A stretch of DNA of 64,000 nt from an uncultured Candidatus Saccharibacteria bacterium (GTDB taxonomy: Bacteria > Patescibacteriota > UBA1384 > DTJR01): NCBI GenBank assembly GCA_964580065.1, contig CAZOJE010000001.1:87717-151716 (forward strand). Direction: 5' to 3'. Position numbers and translations under genes: made by a program. The notes beneath the pieces were generated by a model. The model made no database searches. It was given only the letters and a program-made list of their open reading frames with translations, and was not told the origin of the DNA. Positions 28,001 through 36,805 of this stretch are shown in pieces (position 1 is the first letter of the stretch; each line of letters opens with the position of its first letter).

Positions 28001-30453
28001 TTGCGGGTTATGATACTTCGGCAAAAGCAAATGAGCTTGAAACGGGCCATTGGTATAATTACGCCCACCCATATTTTGAATGGTCGGGTGCGACTGACGC
28101 TGGTTCGGGCATTTACGGATATTATGTTTATTTTGGCACCAATGTTGATGCTAATCCTGTGGTTAGCGGCTCGCTCGTTACAAGCGCTAGTTATACTTAT
28201 TCAGGAACAGTAGCAAACGGCTCGACATATTATTTGCGTGTAAAGGCGGCCGATTTTGCCCTAAATACCTTTGCTGAAGCAACGACTGCATTTACCTATA
28301 AATACACTAATGATGCTCCAGGAGGCCCAACAATCTCTGGTTGGGACACTTCGGCTAAAGAAAATGCGATTTTAAGTGACGCGTGGTATGGCTATAATGC
28401 ACCGCATTTTGAATGGCTCGGCTCAACCTCTACTTCCGGCATTGCTGGCTATTATGTTTATTTTGGCTCAAACGGATCTGCCAATCCAGAAGTAGATGGG
28501 TCTTGGCAAACATCTACTAGTTACGATGTTTCTTCGCAAATGTCTGCTGGCTCAACTTATTATTTACGTATTCAATCAAAAGATAACGCTAACAATATTT
28601 CGTCTGCGATACAGTTTGTTTACAAATTTGACAACCAGTCGCCCAGTAGTAATCCGACAAGTTTCAAAGGATATAGCGATTCCCAAAAAACTGCTACTTT
28701 GACTTCGGATAACTGGTATAATATCGCTCAACCATATTTTGAATGGGACGGGGCGGTAGATTCCCATTCTGGCATTAAGGGCTATTGGGTTTATTTTGGT
28801 ACTGACGCCGACGCGGTCCCTTCAACGGCTGGAACTTTTCAAACGGCGGTCAGTAAAACTATTAGTCAAACGTTAACTTCTGGAACAACTTATTATTTCA
28901 TTCTCCAGTCTGAAAATAATGCTGGTAATAAAATCGCTCGTACCAGTTATTTCACATATAAGTTTGATAGTGCGGCGCCGACAATGGCAGAGCTGATAAA
29001 TGTTTCGCCGGTAGGTTGTTCGATTCAACCGACTTTTTCGATGAGCTGGGACGCGGCAGTTGATCCGGCGCCGGGTTCAGGATTTAAAACTTATCAATAT
29101 AAAATAGGGTCAACTGGAACAACGCACGACTTATCGGCTGTTTCCATTGACGTGCCTAGCTATCAAGACGGCGATAATGTCTTTTATCTGCGTGGCGTTG
29201 ATAATGCCGGCAATATTTCTAATTGGCAAACGGGTGTGTATTGTTCAACGGGTGTGGCGCATATTATTGACGGGCCAAACGTTAAGGCCGGACCGGCCTC
29301 GTTAACGGTTTCATGGACATCATCAAAACCGACCAAGGGCTCGGTGGTAGTTTATGAGGGAAATGAATACTTAACCGAACAAACTGGCGGGGAATTTGAC
29401 ATCAATCACAATGTCAAAGTGGTTGGTTTGGAACCGGAAAAATCATATCGCTATCAGTTGAAATGGTACGATGCTTCGGGAAATTCGGGCGTTTCTGATT
29501 GGTTTACGACTACTACGACAACAGCGCCGTCTATAGAGAATTTCAATGTTGCGGTTTTATCAACGGATAGAGCAATTTTTAGCTGGAGTACAAGTGAAAA
29601 TGCTACCTCAACCTTAACATATGGTAAAGATATTTTGGACACGACTATTGTTATCGCCGGAACAGCGACTTCATTCAGCCGAGAAATAACTGGCTTAACT
29701 GGCGGAACAACTTATCAGGTGAGAATAAATGCTCGAACAGTTGATGAGTTCCCGTTTTATTATGTTGCAAGCTTTTCAACTCCACCGCTACCAATTATTA
29801 CCGGATTAAAATTTGAACCTGTTAGCGGTCAGGCAGAAACAACGGTGAGCGTTACTTGGGCAACTAATGTCGAAACTACTTCGGCGCTTTTTTACGGGCC
29901 TAAAGGTGAAAACAAAAAAGAAATTTCTTCTATCGAAAAAACAAAAGATCATTCGATGGAAATTAAGGGATTATTAGATTCGACAAGCTATGAAATATAT
30001 GCCGTCGGCACAGACCAATACGGCAATATAGCCCAATCGGAAACTAATACATTTATGACGCCGAATGACACAAGACCACCGAAAATTTCGGCTATCTCTA
30101 CCGAAACATCTAACGTTGGCTTGGATAAGCAAGACCAAGCACAGATTGTCGTTAGCTGGAGAACAGACGAATTGTCAACAAGTTATGTTGAATATGACGA
30201 AGGATTATCAGGGGCAGAATACAAGAACAAAACTTCCGAAAATAAAGCTTTAACGAATAGTCATTTAGTTGTCGTAACCGCTTTAAAACCCGGCCAGCCC
30301 TATCACTTGCGCGTTTCTTCGGCCGATAAAGCGGGCAATTTAGTTTCAAGCGAGGATATAACAATAGTAACCGGAGACGTTCCGAAGTCGGTATTTAGTA
30401 TTCTTATCGGCACTTTGGAAAATATTTTTGGCTGGCTAAGTAGTGCTCTCTGA
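25048..30453 (+). CDS. Large surface protein: LamG-like domain, NHL/YWTD-like propeller repeats, tandem Ig/FN3-like repeats
   Basis: N-terminal TM/signal; repeated YDxxxxYxYxxDxxNxRIxKTKxDGTGW units; four PYFxWxG..GYYVYFG..GSTYYL repeats; FN3-like tail. Confidence 0.85.
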   Translation: MNSDKPQDLNQIENKTLFFASRHAAFFRSLGRFVRKGARIGRIKVGPKSVLAVLLVVSIAYILAPFQSKAGYSFQANYDDGSLDAYNALGSRTAGTDTSLPSLNASGYNSTNSLSYSYDGTSTLKYATASNLPTDKGSVEMKFQKSAYGNNADQDKGSMYRPSGIAYDPATQYIYTADRQNHRIIKTKIDGTDWTTFGHYGTGTGEFSYPSDVAIDSSTGFIFVKDSCNGRVVKTKFDGTGWQTLTGFSTTECNTRNLGWYHENEHRIYYDSASEYIYSVSAAGSIVKSKIDGTGRTTLSSFGGHKMPADISGLTYDSASGYLFATTTNGHLVRTKEDGTDWSDVTGLNTTATGSIFYDPVSTYLYIANSNSGQIVKCYYDGSSWQTLGGFSFPTSVFVDTASGMMYVSNSSGHNIIKTADFSTTGWTAYGSYYNNLMKFGGGAGSGYDDNPGVSYDPSTGYLYIADNPRCRIIKTKMDGTGWQAYGTCGSGVGQFKYPSGVFYDSSSGYIYVGDRGNSRLVKTKIDGTGWTALNVSEGFMGIFYDSATDYIYYTDYNYLKKTKIDGTGSGSLAGFNQPINIFYDIASDPSHDGSGDFYIANKGANNIIKTKFNGTGWTAYGTNGSGTGQFSSPKGVSYDSSTGFLYVSDAGNYRMVKTKLDGSWTGWTAYGASGGGTGQFNSNKCLSYDSSSSNLYIYDQNNYRIVKISDSLDGTGWQTTSDYTAKEKILFSAQATDDSRLVYDVASRKLRFYLAYSNKAQFVETPTLNLTDGQWYTVKASFNKAAHTLSIDLDGTNQATATYDSDWGSLSFGTYFYIGARNASTTDRWDGMIDDINVDIQAVDTTDPANPTAAHVYSSSDLQTEYNSGGWGSDNDPYITFSGAADDDSGLKGYYIYFGTSNAADPVTTSGVLESGGAFHYQDHSGADDAVQTVQVPTDALADGSTYYLLIKTQDTDLNVSDNAAGLFTFKSDVTNPSANPSTFAGYDTSAKANELETGHWYNYAHPYFEWSGATDAGSGIYGYYVYFGTNVDANPVVSGSLVTSASYTYSGTVANGSTYYLRVKAADFALNTFAEATTAFTYKYTNDAPGGPTISGWDTSAKENAILSDAWYGYNAPHFEWLGSTSTSGIAGYYVYFGSNGSANPEVDGSWQTSTSYDVSSQMSAGSTYYLRIQSKDNANNISSAIQFVYKFDNQSPSSNPTSFKGYSDSQKTATLTSDNWYNIAQPYFEWDGAVDSHSGIKGYWVYFGTDADAVPSTAGTFQTAVSKTISQTLTSGTTYYFILQSENNAGNKIARTSYFTYKFDSAAPTMAELINVSPVGCSIQPTFSMSWDAAVDPAPGSGFKTYQYKIGSTGTTHDLSAVSIDVPSYQDGDNVFYLRGVDNAGNISNWQTGVYCSTGVAHIIDGPNVKAGPASLTVSWTSSKPTKGSVVVYEGNEYLTEQTGGEFDINHNVKVVGLEPEKSYRYQLKWYDASGNSGVSDWFTTTTTTAPSIENFNVAVLSTDRAIFSWSTSENATSTLTYGKDILDTTIVIAGTATSFSREITGLTGGTTYQVRINARTVDEFPFYYVASFSTPPLPIITGLKFEPVSGQAETTVSVTWATNVETTSALFYGPKGENKKEISSIEKTKDHSMEIKGLLDSTSYEIYAVGTDQYGNIAQSETNTFMTPNDTRPPKISAISTETSNVGLDKQDQAQIVVSWRTDELSTSYVEYDEGLSGAEYKNKTSENKALTNSHLVVVTALKPGQPYHLRVSSADKAGNLVSSEDITIVTGDVPKSVFSILIGTLENIFGWLSSAL

Positions 30454-30464
30454 AGCATATATTT

Positions 30465-31124
30465 ATGAGCGAATCATTAAATATAAATAAAAAAAGAAAT
30501 TTTTGGTTGATGCTGGCGCTAGTTTTAACGATTGGTATTGTGGCGGGCTGGTTTAGCAGAGGATGGGTGAAAGCGAGAGGAGAAGATATTGATTCATCAG
30601 TTTCGGAATCTGCCACAGCCGCTCCAGTCAACCCAATCGTCACTCCTAATTCAAACGAGACAGTAATTGTTTATGGTGGTGAATATGATAATTGGCAGAA
30701 GTTCACTAGCGCGGATTATCCTTTTACATTGAATTATCCTTCTGGCTGGATGCAGGAAGATAGCGGAACAGACGTAATAGAAATAACGACGCCAGACGAA
30801 AAATATCAATTAAAAATTGCTGTAAAAGCGAATTTGGCAAAGGAAAATTTTTCGCCCCTTGATCAGATCGTTAAGGGTGAATTGCAATCGGTTGGTTCGC
30901 TAACCATAGCACAAACGCCGATTGATAAGGAAGGGCTTTTTGTCGATGGTAAATCAAAACAGTATTTTTATGCCCGCGAGGGCAAGGTATTAAAGGGCGA
31001 GAAATATTTATTTTCTGCTACCTTTCTTCCGGTTGACTCAAAAAACATCAAGGATATTGATTTAGAAGCGTTCGATTATCGTGCTTTAGCGGAAAAAACC
31101 TTAAAATCAATCGAGCTTAAATAG
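30465..31124 (+). CDS. Membrane-anchored hypothetical protein (PsbP-like)
   Basis: N-terminal TM; WQKFTS..FTLNYPSGW motif. Confidence 0.6.
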   Translation: MSESLNINKKRNFWLMLALVLTIGIVAGWFSRGWVKARGEDIDSSVSESATAAPVNPIVTPNSNETVIVYGGEYDNWQKFTSADYPFTLNYPSGWMQEDSGTDVIEITTPDEKYQLKIAVKANLAKENFSPLDQIVKGELQSVGSLTIAQTPIDKEGLFVDGKSKQYFYAREGKVLKGEKYLFSATFLPVDSKNIKDIDLEAFDYRALAEKTLKSIELK

Positions 31125-31126
31125 CG

Positions 31127-31810
31127 CTACTTAAAAAAATCCTGGTCGTAAAGCCAACACCAACCGTTGTCAGTTTGCACGAAATAGGCGGGCCTTTTTT
31201 GATTCTCCGTTTTATTACCGTCGACAAATTTATATATAAAATTAACGGTTAAGACATTATTATAATTTTTCGCCAAAAGCTTTGAATAGTATGAATTTGT
31301 TTGGGCAATTTCGTAAGACACGTCGGCAAGATTTAGGCCAAGCTTTTTGCTTTTAAGCTGCCAGCCGTTGGCTTGCGATAAATAATCCTCTTCCGATATT
31401 TTTGATTTTAATCCATCGTCAATAGATTCATAATTTTTTCTAAAAAGGTTGAGCTTGAGATTGCGGGCAAAATCTTGCAAAAATATCCCCGAACCGTGAT
31501 TGATTGAAATTTCAACATATTTTTTCCGGCCGACTTCAAAGTTTAAAGGTGCAAAAGACTGTTGATCGTTTATTTGAATAGTTTTATTTCGGCTGGGATT
31601 GTATTGGTTGATTGTGAAATTGCCTTTTTCGTCGGGTTTAATTGTCTGATTATTATAAACAAGTTCAATATTTTTACCAATGGCTTGGCCACTATTTGCG
31701 TCAATGATTTTTCCGCTCAAGGAATAGCTTTTAGTACAGAAAAAGTAAACGCATGCGGCACAAACTAAAATTAATTCGACTGTTAAGACAGATTTTGTAA
31801 TTTTTTCCAT
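31127..31810 (-). CDS. Membrane-anchored hypothetical protein (carboxypeptidase-regulatory-like N-domain)
   Basis: AAGGAG before ATG 31810; TM then LSGKIIDANSGQAI. Confidence 0.6.
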   Translation of the reverse strand: MEKITKSVLTVELILVCAACVYFFCTKSYSLSGKIIDANSGQAIGKNIELVYNNQTIKPDEKGNFTINQYNPSRNKTIQINDQQSFAPLNFEVGRKKYVEISINHGSGIFLQDFARNLKLNLFRKNYESIDDGLKSKISEEDYLSQANGWQLKSKKLGLNLADVSYEIAQTNSYYSKLLAKNYNNVLTVNFIYKFVDGNKTENQKRPAYFVQTDNGWCWLYDQDFFK

Positions 31811-34047
31811 TTTCTCCTTGTGTAAATAACTACTCCTATAAGCGATAGCAAAATTATGGGCAAAACTATTCTTAACCAAATTGGTATGATGTAAATTTTA
31901 GCTCCGTAAATCGGCCCCGAATTTGCCTGATTTTTTTCAATGTTTAAAAGCAGCATGTGCGGTCCGTCGGCAATGGCATCGTCAAATTTAACATTCCATT
32001 TTCCTTGACTGTCGGAAACAGTCTTCTTTTCATATGATTTACTAAAGATCGTAATCGAAACATTTGCGTGAGATGCGGTCGTGCCGCTAACGATCAAGGG
32101 CTTGCCACTAAAAAGAACGATCAGCTTTTCAGGGTTTTTAATCTGGCGATTGTTAATTTTTAAAACAAGTGTATTTTTTTCAATTTTGTTTTTGAAATCA
32201 TTATCAACTTGGTTAATTTTATCCCTTATTTTCGCTAGATTTTCGGGATTTTGGGCGAATTGAGAAATAATATTTTCGGTTAATTCACTGATTGTTTGTG
32301 TGGCGGGACACTCTGCTGATGACGAAGTGGTTGGTGAACATTTTTCGCACGGCTGACAAGTGGCCGATAGGGGATCAACGTCATAAACAACAGCATAAAG
32401 ATCTTCCGGAGATAGTTTGTTGCCAGCATTATCAGCGACATTTATAGAAATAGCTACGGGATTATCGGCACTAAAAGGATTAACGGGCTTAATCTTGATT
32501 AAATAATCCGAAGCATCGCCGCTATAAGTAAAACTGTTTTGTCCAAGCAAAGTGTAGGTGTCTTCGCCGATAACTACTAAAAGGGTGTCTAAATTAACAC
32601 CGACTCCCGTATCGGAAACGTGAAAAGAAATTGTTTCATACGGACTAATATCGTTAGCCCCTTTTGGCGGGTTCCAGCGGTCAACGGTTGGTCCAATAGT
32701 ATCTTCGGTAAAAAAGCTCCAGTTATAATTAGCCATGACATTGGCTGGCGAAGTGTTATCGGCAACATTTTTGACCGTCACCAAAACCTGTTCGCTTTGG
32801 CTGAAATTTTCACTTGGATTGATGACGACGTCATAGGCCCAAATCAGCCCGTTATTAGTTAAACCGGTGCAAACGGTGTTGGTGTCTCCGCATATATAAG
32901 TATGAATTCCCTTTTGGCTAGTAACGTCAACGGAAATTGTGCTTGGGTTAATGCCAACGCCGTGAGTGCCATTTACGGCGACAGAAGTTTTTACATCTTT
33001 TATTTGGAAAGAGATGTTGGTGTCAATATTTTCCGCTGATCCGGTCGGCGAAGCGTTTGTTAAAGTAGGCGCGTCAACATCATTTTCGGTTGTAAAAGTG
33101 AAAGTGACCGGATCCATTGTATTCGGCCCGGCTGGGGATTGGTTTGCTGAAGCTTTATCTTGAGCGTCTTGAATTTTTACGGTGTAGCTTGTTTGGTAAT
33201 TCCAGTTGCGGTTGCCAATATCGGACGGGTTTATTGTCACAAGACAATCATTTGTCGCCCAAAGACCGCTGCAAGAAGTTGTAACCCAGCTATTGCGATT
33301 AACGTTTGCGCCGCCAGATTCTTGAATAAAAATATTAGATGTTGAAATATTAACGCCGGTTTCGTCGTCCTTCAAATGAAAAGTGATATTACTTTCAACC
33401 GGAACATTTTGGGCACCGTCGGCATAATTTAAAGAATCGACATAAGGTTTGTCTGTGTCGGGAAGTAATTGCCAATTAGAATTTTCCACTGAAGACAATA
33501 TATCTTGAGAGTCGCCAGAGCGAACAATATTGCTGTCGATAGTTGAGCCCGATGTGAAATCAATGGTAGTTGAAAGAGAACTGGCCTTTTGGGCAAGCAC
33601 AGTGAAACTAATTGTGCCAAAAACACCTGCTCCGGCATAATTAGCGCCGCTTGTGTTGGCGCCAGTCAACCTAATTACTCCACCGGCGACGGTGTTGCCG
33701 GAATCAGGGTAACTTTCGTATAAAGTGCCGGCGGAAATTTGGGTTCCTGTAACGGCCGGCTTGCTGTCGTTGACTGTAAGGTAATTTGTATCGTAGTTGA
33801 TGATAATGTTGGCGCTTTTAGTGTCGACTGCGCCAGTGGAAATCATAATTTTAGCGTCAAAAGTTTGCCCGACGTAAAATTTATTAAGTGTGCCATTACC
33901 GTCGCCTGAACAATCGCCACCGGTAACGGGGGAGACACAAAGCTCAAAATATGGTGCTGTAGGTGAGGCGGCGCTTGCATATAACGGCATTGCTAAATTA
34001 GCGACGAGCAAAAAAGTTTGCAAAAATATCAAAAATTTAGTTTTCAT
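31783..34047 (-). CDS. Cohesin-domain surface protein with Ig-like repeats and C-terminal TM anchor
   Basis: Signal peptide; VGQTFDAKIMIS..ANIIINYDTNYLTV..FGTISFTV cohesin-like pattern; three P..V..I.F...D...GV repeats; C-terminal TM with basic tail. Confidence 0.72.
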   Translation of the reverse strand: MKTKFLIFLQTFLLVANLAMPLYASAASPTAPYFELCVSPVTGGDCSGDGNGTLNKFYVGQTFDAKIMISTGAVDTKSANIIINYDTNYLTVNDSKPAVTGTQISAGTLYESYPDSGNTVAGGVIRLTGANTSGANYAGAGVFGTISFTVLAQKASSLSTTIDFTSGSTIDSNIVRSGDSQDILSSVENSNWQLLPDTDKPYVDSLNYADGAQNVPVESNITFHLKDDETGVNISTSNIFIQESGGANVNRNSWVTTSCSGLWATNDCLVTINPSDIGNRNWNYQTSYTVKIQDAQDKASANQSPAGPNTMDPVTFTFTTENDVDAPTLTNASPTGSAENIDTNISFQIKDVKTSVAVNGTHGVGINPSTISVDVTSQKGIHTYICGDTNTVCTGLTNNGLIWAYDVVINPSENFSQSEQVLVTVKNVADNTSPANVMANYNWSFFTEDTIGPTVDRWNPPKGANDISPYETISFHVSDTGVGVNLDTLLVVIGEDTYTLLGQNSFTYSGDASDYLIKIKPVNPFSADNPVAISINVADNAGNKLSPEDLYAVVYDVDPLSATCQPCEKCSPTTSSSAECPATQTISELTENIISQFAQNPENLAKIRDKINQVDNDFKNKIEKNTLVLKINNRQIKNPEKLIVLFSGKPLIVSGTTASHANVSITIFSKSYEKKTVSDSQGKWNVKFDDAIADGPHMLLLNIEKNQANSGPIYGAKIYIIPIWLRIVLPIILLSLIGVVIYTRRKWKKLQNLS

Positions 34048-34678
34048 TAAAGCCGTCCCCAGTTTTATCCAAATTTTCGATTAAAATCCCTAAATCGACT
34101 GCGTTAACAATGCCATCTTTGTTGACGTCTTGCTTTTCGACAGCGCTTGAAGCGTCTAGCTTTTCGATTTCGATCGCTAAATCAATCGAATTTATAATAT
34201 CGTCACCCCTCTTCCAAGCGTCCTGACTGTCTAAAATATTAACGTCACCAGCAAGCAGATACTCGGTGTCGGCCGAAGAAAAATCGATAAAATTATTGCC
34301 GTTTACGATACTTACGTTTGTTTTCCTTTTGTTGAGATGGGAATATCCTTTGGCATAAATATCATAAGTTCCTTCCGTGATATTGGTGAGCGGTTCGGGA
34401 TTATCATGTAAACCGTTTTGATCTGTATCGAATTGCTGGCTGTAAACTACGCTGCTGGTGCCAGCATTTTTTATTTCAATTACGACGTGGCTGGAGTAGT
34501 TATTGCTTGAAGGGCTTATTTTCTCGGGTATGGCTTTAAAGGTAAAAGAGCTGCCGCCGACATGCACGGAAATTCCTAGTGACCCGTCATCACCTTTGGC
34601 AAGATTTTGATCACAAAAAACACCTAGAGCAACGCCCAAAACCACTAATACAAACGTAATTTTATATTTGCGTGCCAA
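34037..34678 (-). CDS. Secreted dockerin-domain protein
   Basis: GDVN..DDIINSIDL and DVNKDGIVNAVDL duplicated Ca-binding loop-helix; TTG 34678 preferred (TGGTATAAT and AAGGA upstream). Confidence 0.75.
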   Translation of the reverse strand: MARKYKITFVLVVLGVALGVFCDQNLAKGDDGSLGISVHVGGSSFTFKAIPEKISPSSNNYSSHVVIEIKNAGTSSVVYSQQFDTDQNGLHDNPEPLTNITEGTYDIYAKGYSHLNKRKTNVSIVNGNNFIDFSSADTEYLLAGDVNILDSQDAWKRGDDIINSIDLAIEIEKLDASSAVEKQDVNKDGIVNAVDLGILIENLDKTGDGFNEN

Positions 34679-34833
34679 TTTTTCCTTGTATAAATTATAC
34701 CAGAGATTTTTTATGTGTTGTTGGCGATTGGGTCTGTTGCGCGAATATAACTTGTAGCTCATTTAGATTCCTTTTTATCTTGCAGAAGTCCAATATGTAT
34801 CGAAACTTATGCGTCTTTCTTCTCTTTAAAAAC

Positions 34834-34883
34834 AAAAGCCCCCGCACACGTTGGCCAGTGTTGGCTAACGCATGCAGGGGCTT
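34834..34883 (-). terminator. Intrinsic terminator of the GC-rich two-gene unit
   Basis: About 21-bp stem with G-U pairs on the minus strand (agcccctgcatgcgttagcca/tggccaacgtgtgcgggggct) followed by a U-run. Confidence 0.8.
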
Positions 34884-34937
34884 GGTCTTTCGGTTGCAGG
34901 GGATCGGTAACGGCAAAATCCCTGGGAGTTGGTGCTA

Positions 34938-35534
34938 TTACTTGCGACCGAGGATTATCCCCGTATCGCTGCACCACAATTTCCCTACGGATCGGGCCAC
35001 GATAGTGGCTCGAGAGGAGCGGCAGAAGCGGCACGGCACCAGCAACCCCTTTTCGCTATGCAGAAGCGAGTTGGGGTCTGTTGCGGTTACATACTGGAGA
35101 CCACTCTGCTCGAACTCAAGCCACGGCAGCTCGCACGTTAGGAACGGAAAGAGCAGGTGCTCGTATCCACTCTCTTCAACGAGCTGCTTGAGCTCCTCGT
35201 AGTTTTCTACTACTGGGAGGTTGAGCTTCAGGTCAACAAGCCTCCCATTCTCGTCAGTAACTACTTTGAGTTTTCCGTAGTCACCGTCTACCGGGATGTC
35301 GAGCTTCCCGATAGCCACCGGTCTCTTTACAAGGCCTTCCGGCCATGCGGCGAGGCCTTTGCGTGAACGCCATGCGTGGTCAGAGGGGTGAGGAACGAAA
35401 GCGTCTGGCGGTATACTATCACCGCCAAAGGAGTAGCGGATATTTGCCATGATCTTGGCGATCCGATCGGGATCGCCACTCTTCCCGAAGTCGACCCCAA
35501 CTTCTCCTTCCCAGATAATCTTGATCCCGGCCAT
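34938..35534 (-). CDS. Hypothetical protein, C-terminus resembles a degenerate DGR target segment
   Basis: AAGGAG RBS; GC-rich; ends VPC..W..GRK with cgcaagt. Confidence 0.6.
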   Translation of the reverse strand: MAGIKIIWEGEVGVDFGKSGDPDRIAKIMANIRYSFGGDSIPPDAFVPHPSDHAWRSRKGLAAWPEGLVKRPVAIGKLDIPVDGDYGKLKVVTDENGRLVDLKLNLPVVENYEELKQLVEESGYEHLLFPFLTCELPWLEFEQSGLQYVTATDPNSLLHSEKGLLVPCRFCRSSRATIVARSVGKLWCSDTGIILGRK

Positions 35535-35613
35535 ACAAACGTCTCCTTTCTCTTTCCGTCGTTTTTGCAGCCACTGCCGGTCAAACAGGGAACGCTTTCA
35601 TGCGCCTAAGGCA

Positions 35614-36141
35614 TCAAACTCTTCGCGATACTTGTGGGGAGCCAGGCAGGGCGCCGTTGCCGCCCCAGACGCCGGTGGCAAAGTCGAGTCCGAACCCGAA
35701 GTAGACCGGGCCGAGGCCGAGGCAGAACGGGCGGAAGCGGCCGTCGAGCCGCCAGAGCTCTTCGTTGCTCTGGCGCAAGGCGACTAACCACCTCATGCCC
35801 AGCTCGTAGAGCCCGTTGCGGATCTGCTCCGGCTCGTTCTCCGGCAGCGCCAGTGAGGCGATCTCGACCGGCCAGCTGAATCCAATGCCCGAGGCCTCCT
35901 GCTTCTGCCGGCCTTGCGCCGTGTTGAATTCCTGGTGATCCCAGAGAATCGGGAGGGTTGCTGCCTCAACGACTCCGGTCTGACCGCCGTTCCACAACCC
36001 CATCAGCTCTTCCGGCCACTTGGCGATGTCGGGATTGCTTTCGGGCAGTAACCCGACCGCCTGCTTGGGCGTAAGACCGTAATCGATCTTGACGCCCTTC
36101 AGCTGGTAAGCCGGCTGGGGTAAAACCAATCGTGCGCCCAT
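35614..36141 (-). CDS. Putative DGR target protein with C-terminal variable repeat
   Basis: Over 35638-35748, 29 of 37 codons end in C and only 7 of 111 nt are A. Confidence 0.65.
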   Translation of the reverse strand: MGARLVLPQPAYQLKGVKIDYGLTPKQAVGLLPESNPDIAKWPEELMGLWNGGQTGVVEAATLPILWDHQEFNTAQGRQKQEASGIGFSWPVEIASLALPENEPEQIRNGLYELGMRWLVALRQSNEELWRLDGRFRPFCLGLGPVYFGFGLDFATGVWGGNGALPGSPQVSRRV

Positions 36142-36182
36142 GTGAACCGTCTCTCTTTCGCGAAGCTTTTTTGGGGGCTTTG

Positions 36183-36233
36183 TTGGTAACTGCTTTCAGC
36201 GCACAAATTATTTTCGCTGAAAGCAGTTACCAA
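36183..36233. repeat. 19-bp perfect inverted repeat in a 5' leader
   Basis: ttggtaactgctttcagcg-N13-cgctgaaagcagttaccaa. Confidence 0.9.
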
Positions 36234-36267
36234 TCTATAAGTATTGTAAATGTTCGAATAACAGGAG

Positions 36268-36296
36268 AATGTAGTAAATTGCAGCCTGTTTGTCAA
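36268..36296 (-). promoter_or_regulatory. Sigma70-type promoter for the 175-aa/198-aa genes
   Basis: TTGACA-N17-TACATT on the minus strand. Confidence 0.7.
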
Positions 36297-36805
36297 CGAT
36301 TGTATTTAATGACAAGCATCTTCGCAATAGGCCGGTAGCTTTTGCTCGTTTCAAATGATGTACTAAAAATGATAAGAAACCCTTTGAACGCTAGACTTGT
36401 TTGAACGGCACGGCAAAATTTGAGAACAATTTAGCGAATTTGACGAAAATAAATTATAAAAGTATTGGATAACCGAATTTATTAAAAACGAAATTCGGAC
36501 TTATTTTGAAAAGAAAAACTCCGAAACAACAAATACATCATAGCGTGTTTTCTTCTGTTGGAGCTTCTACCTTCGCTCTTCGAGCTACGGATAGACAGGC
36601 GGGCGGAGCAAGGCGGCGCCCTCGCAAACAAAAAATTTTTTTATTTATGGCCGTGGCATCTCGAGGGTGGAACTAGAGATCTTTTTGTTTAAAAAACGGC
36701 CGAAAATTTGAAGTTTGAATTGGGAAGGAGGAAGAAAAGGTTGAAAAAAGAAAATAATTGGTAAATAATGAAATCAAACAGGACAATTATTGAGGAAGGA
36801 AAAAT

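Noticed and set aside
34672-35879. Many overlapping alternative ORFs in the GC-rich block
   Set aside because: Expected from stop-codon scarcity; promoter, RBS and terminator all support the two minus-strand genes
36300-36800. Candidate DGR template repeat in the intergenic gap
   Set aside because: No AAC-rich stretch aligns to any of the three variable-repeat-like segments
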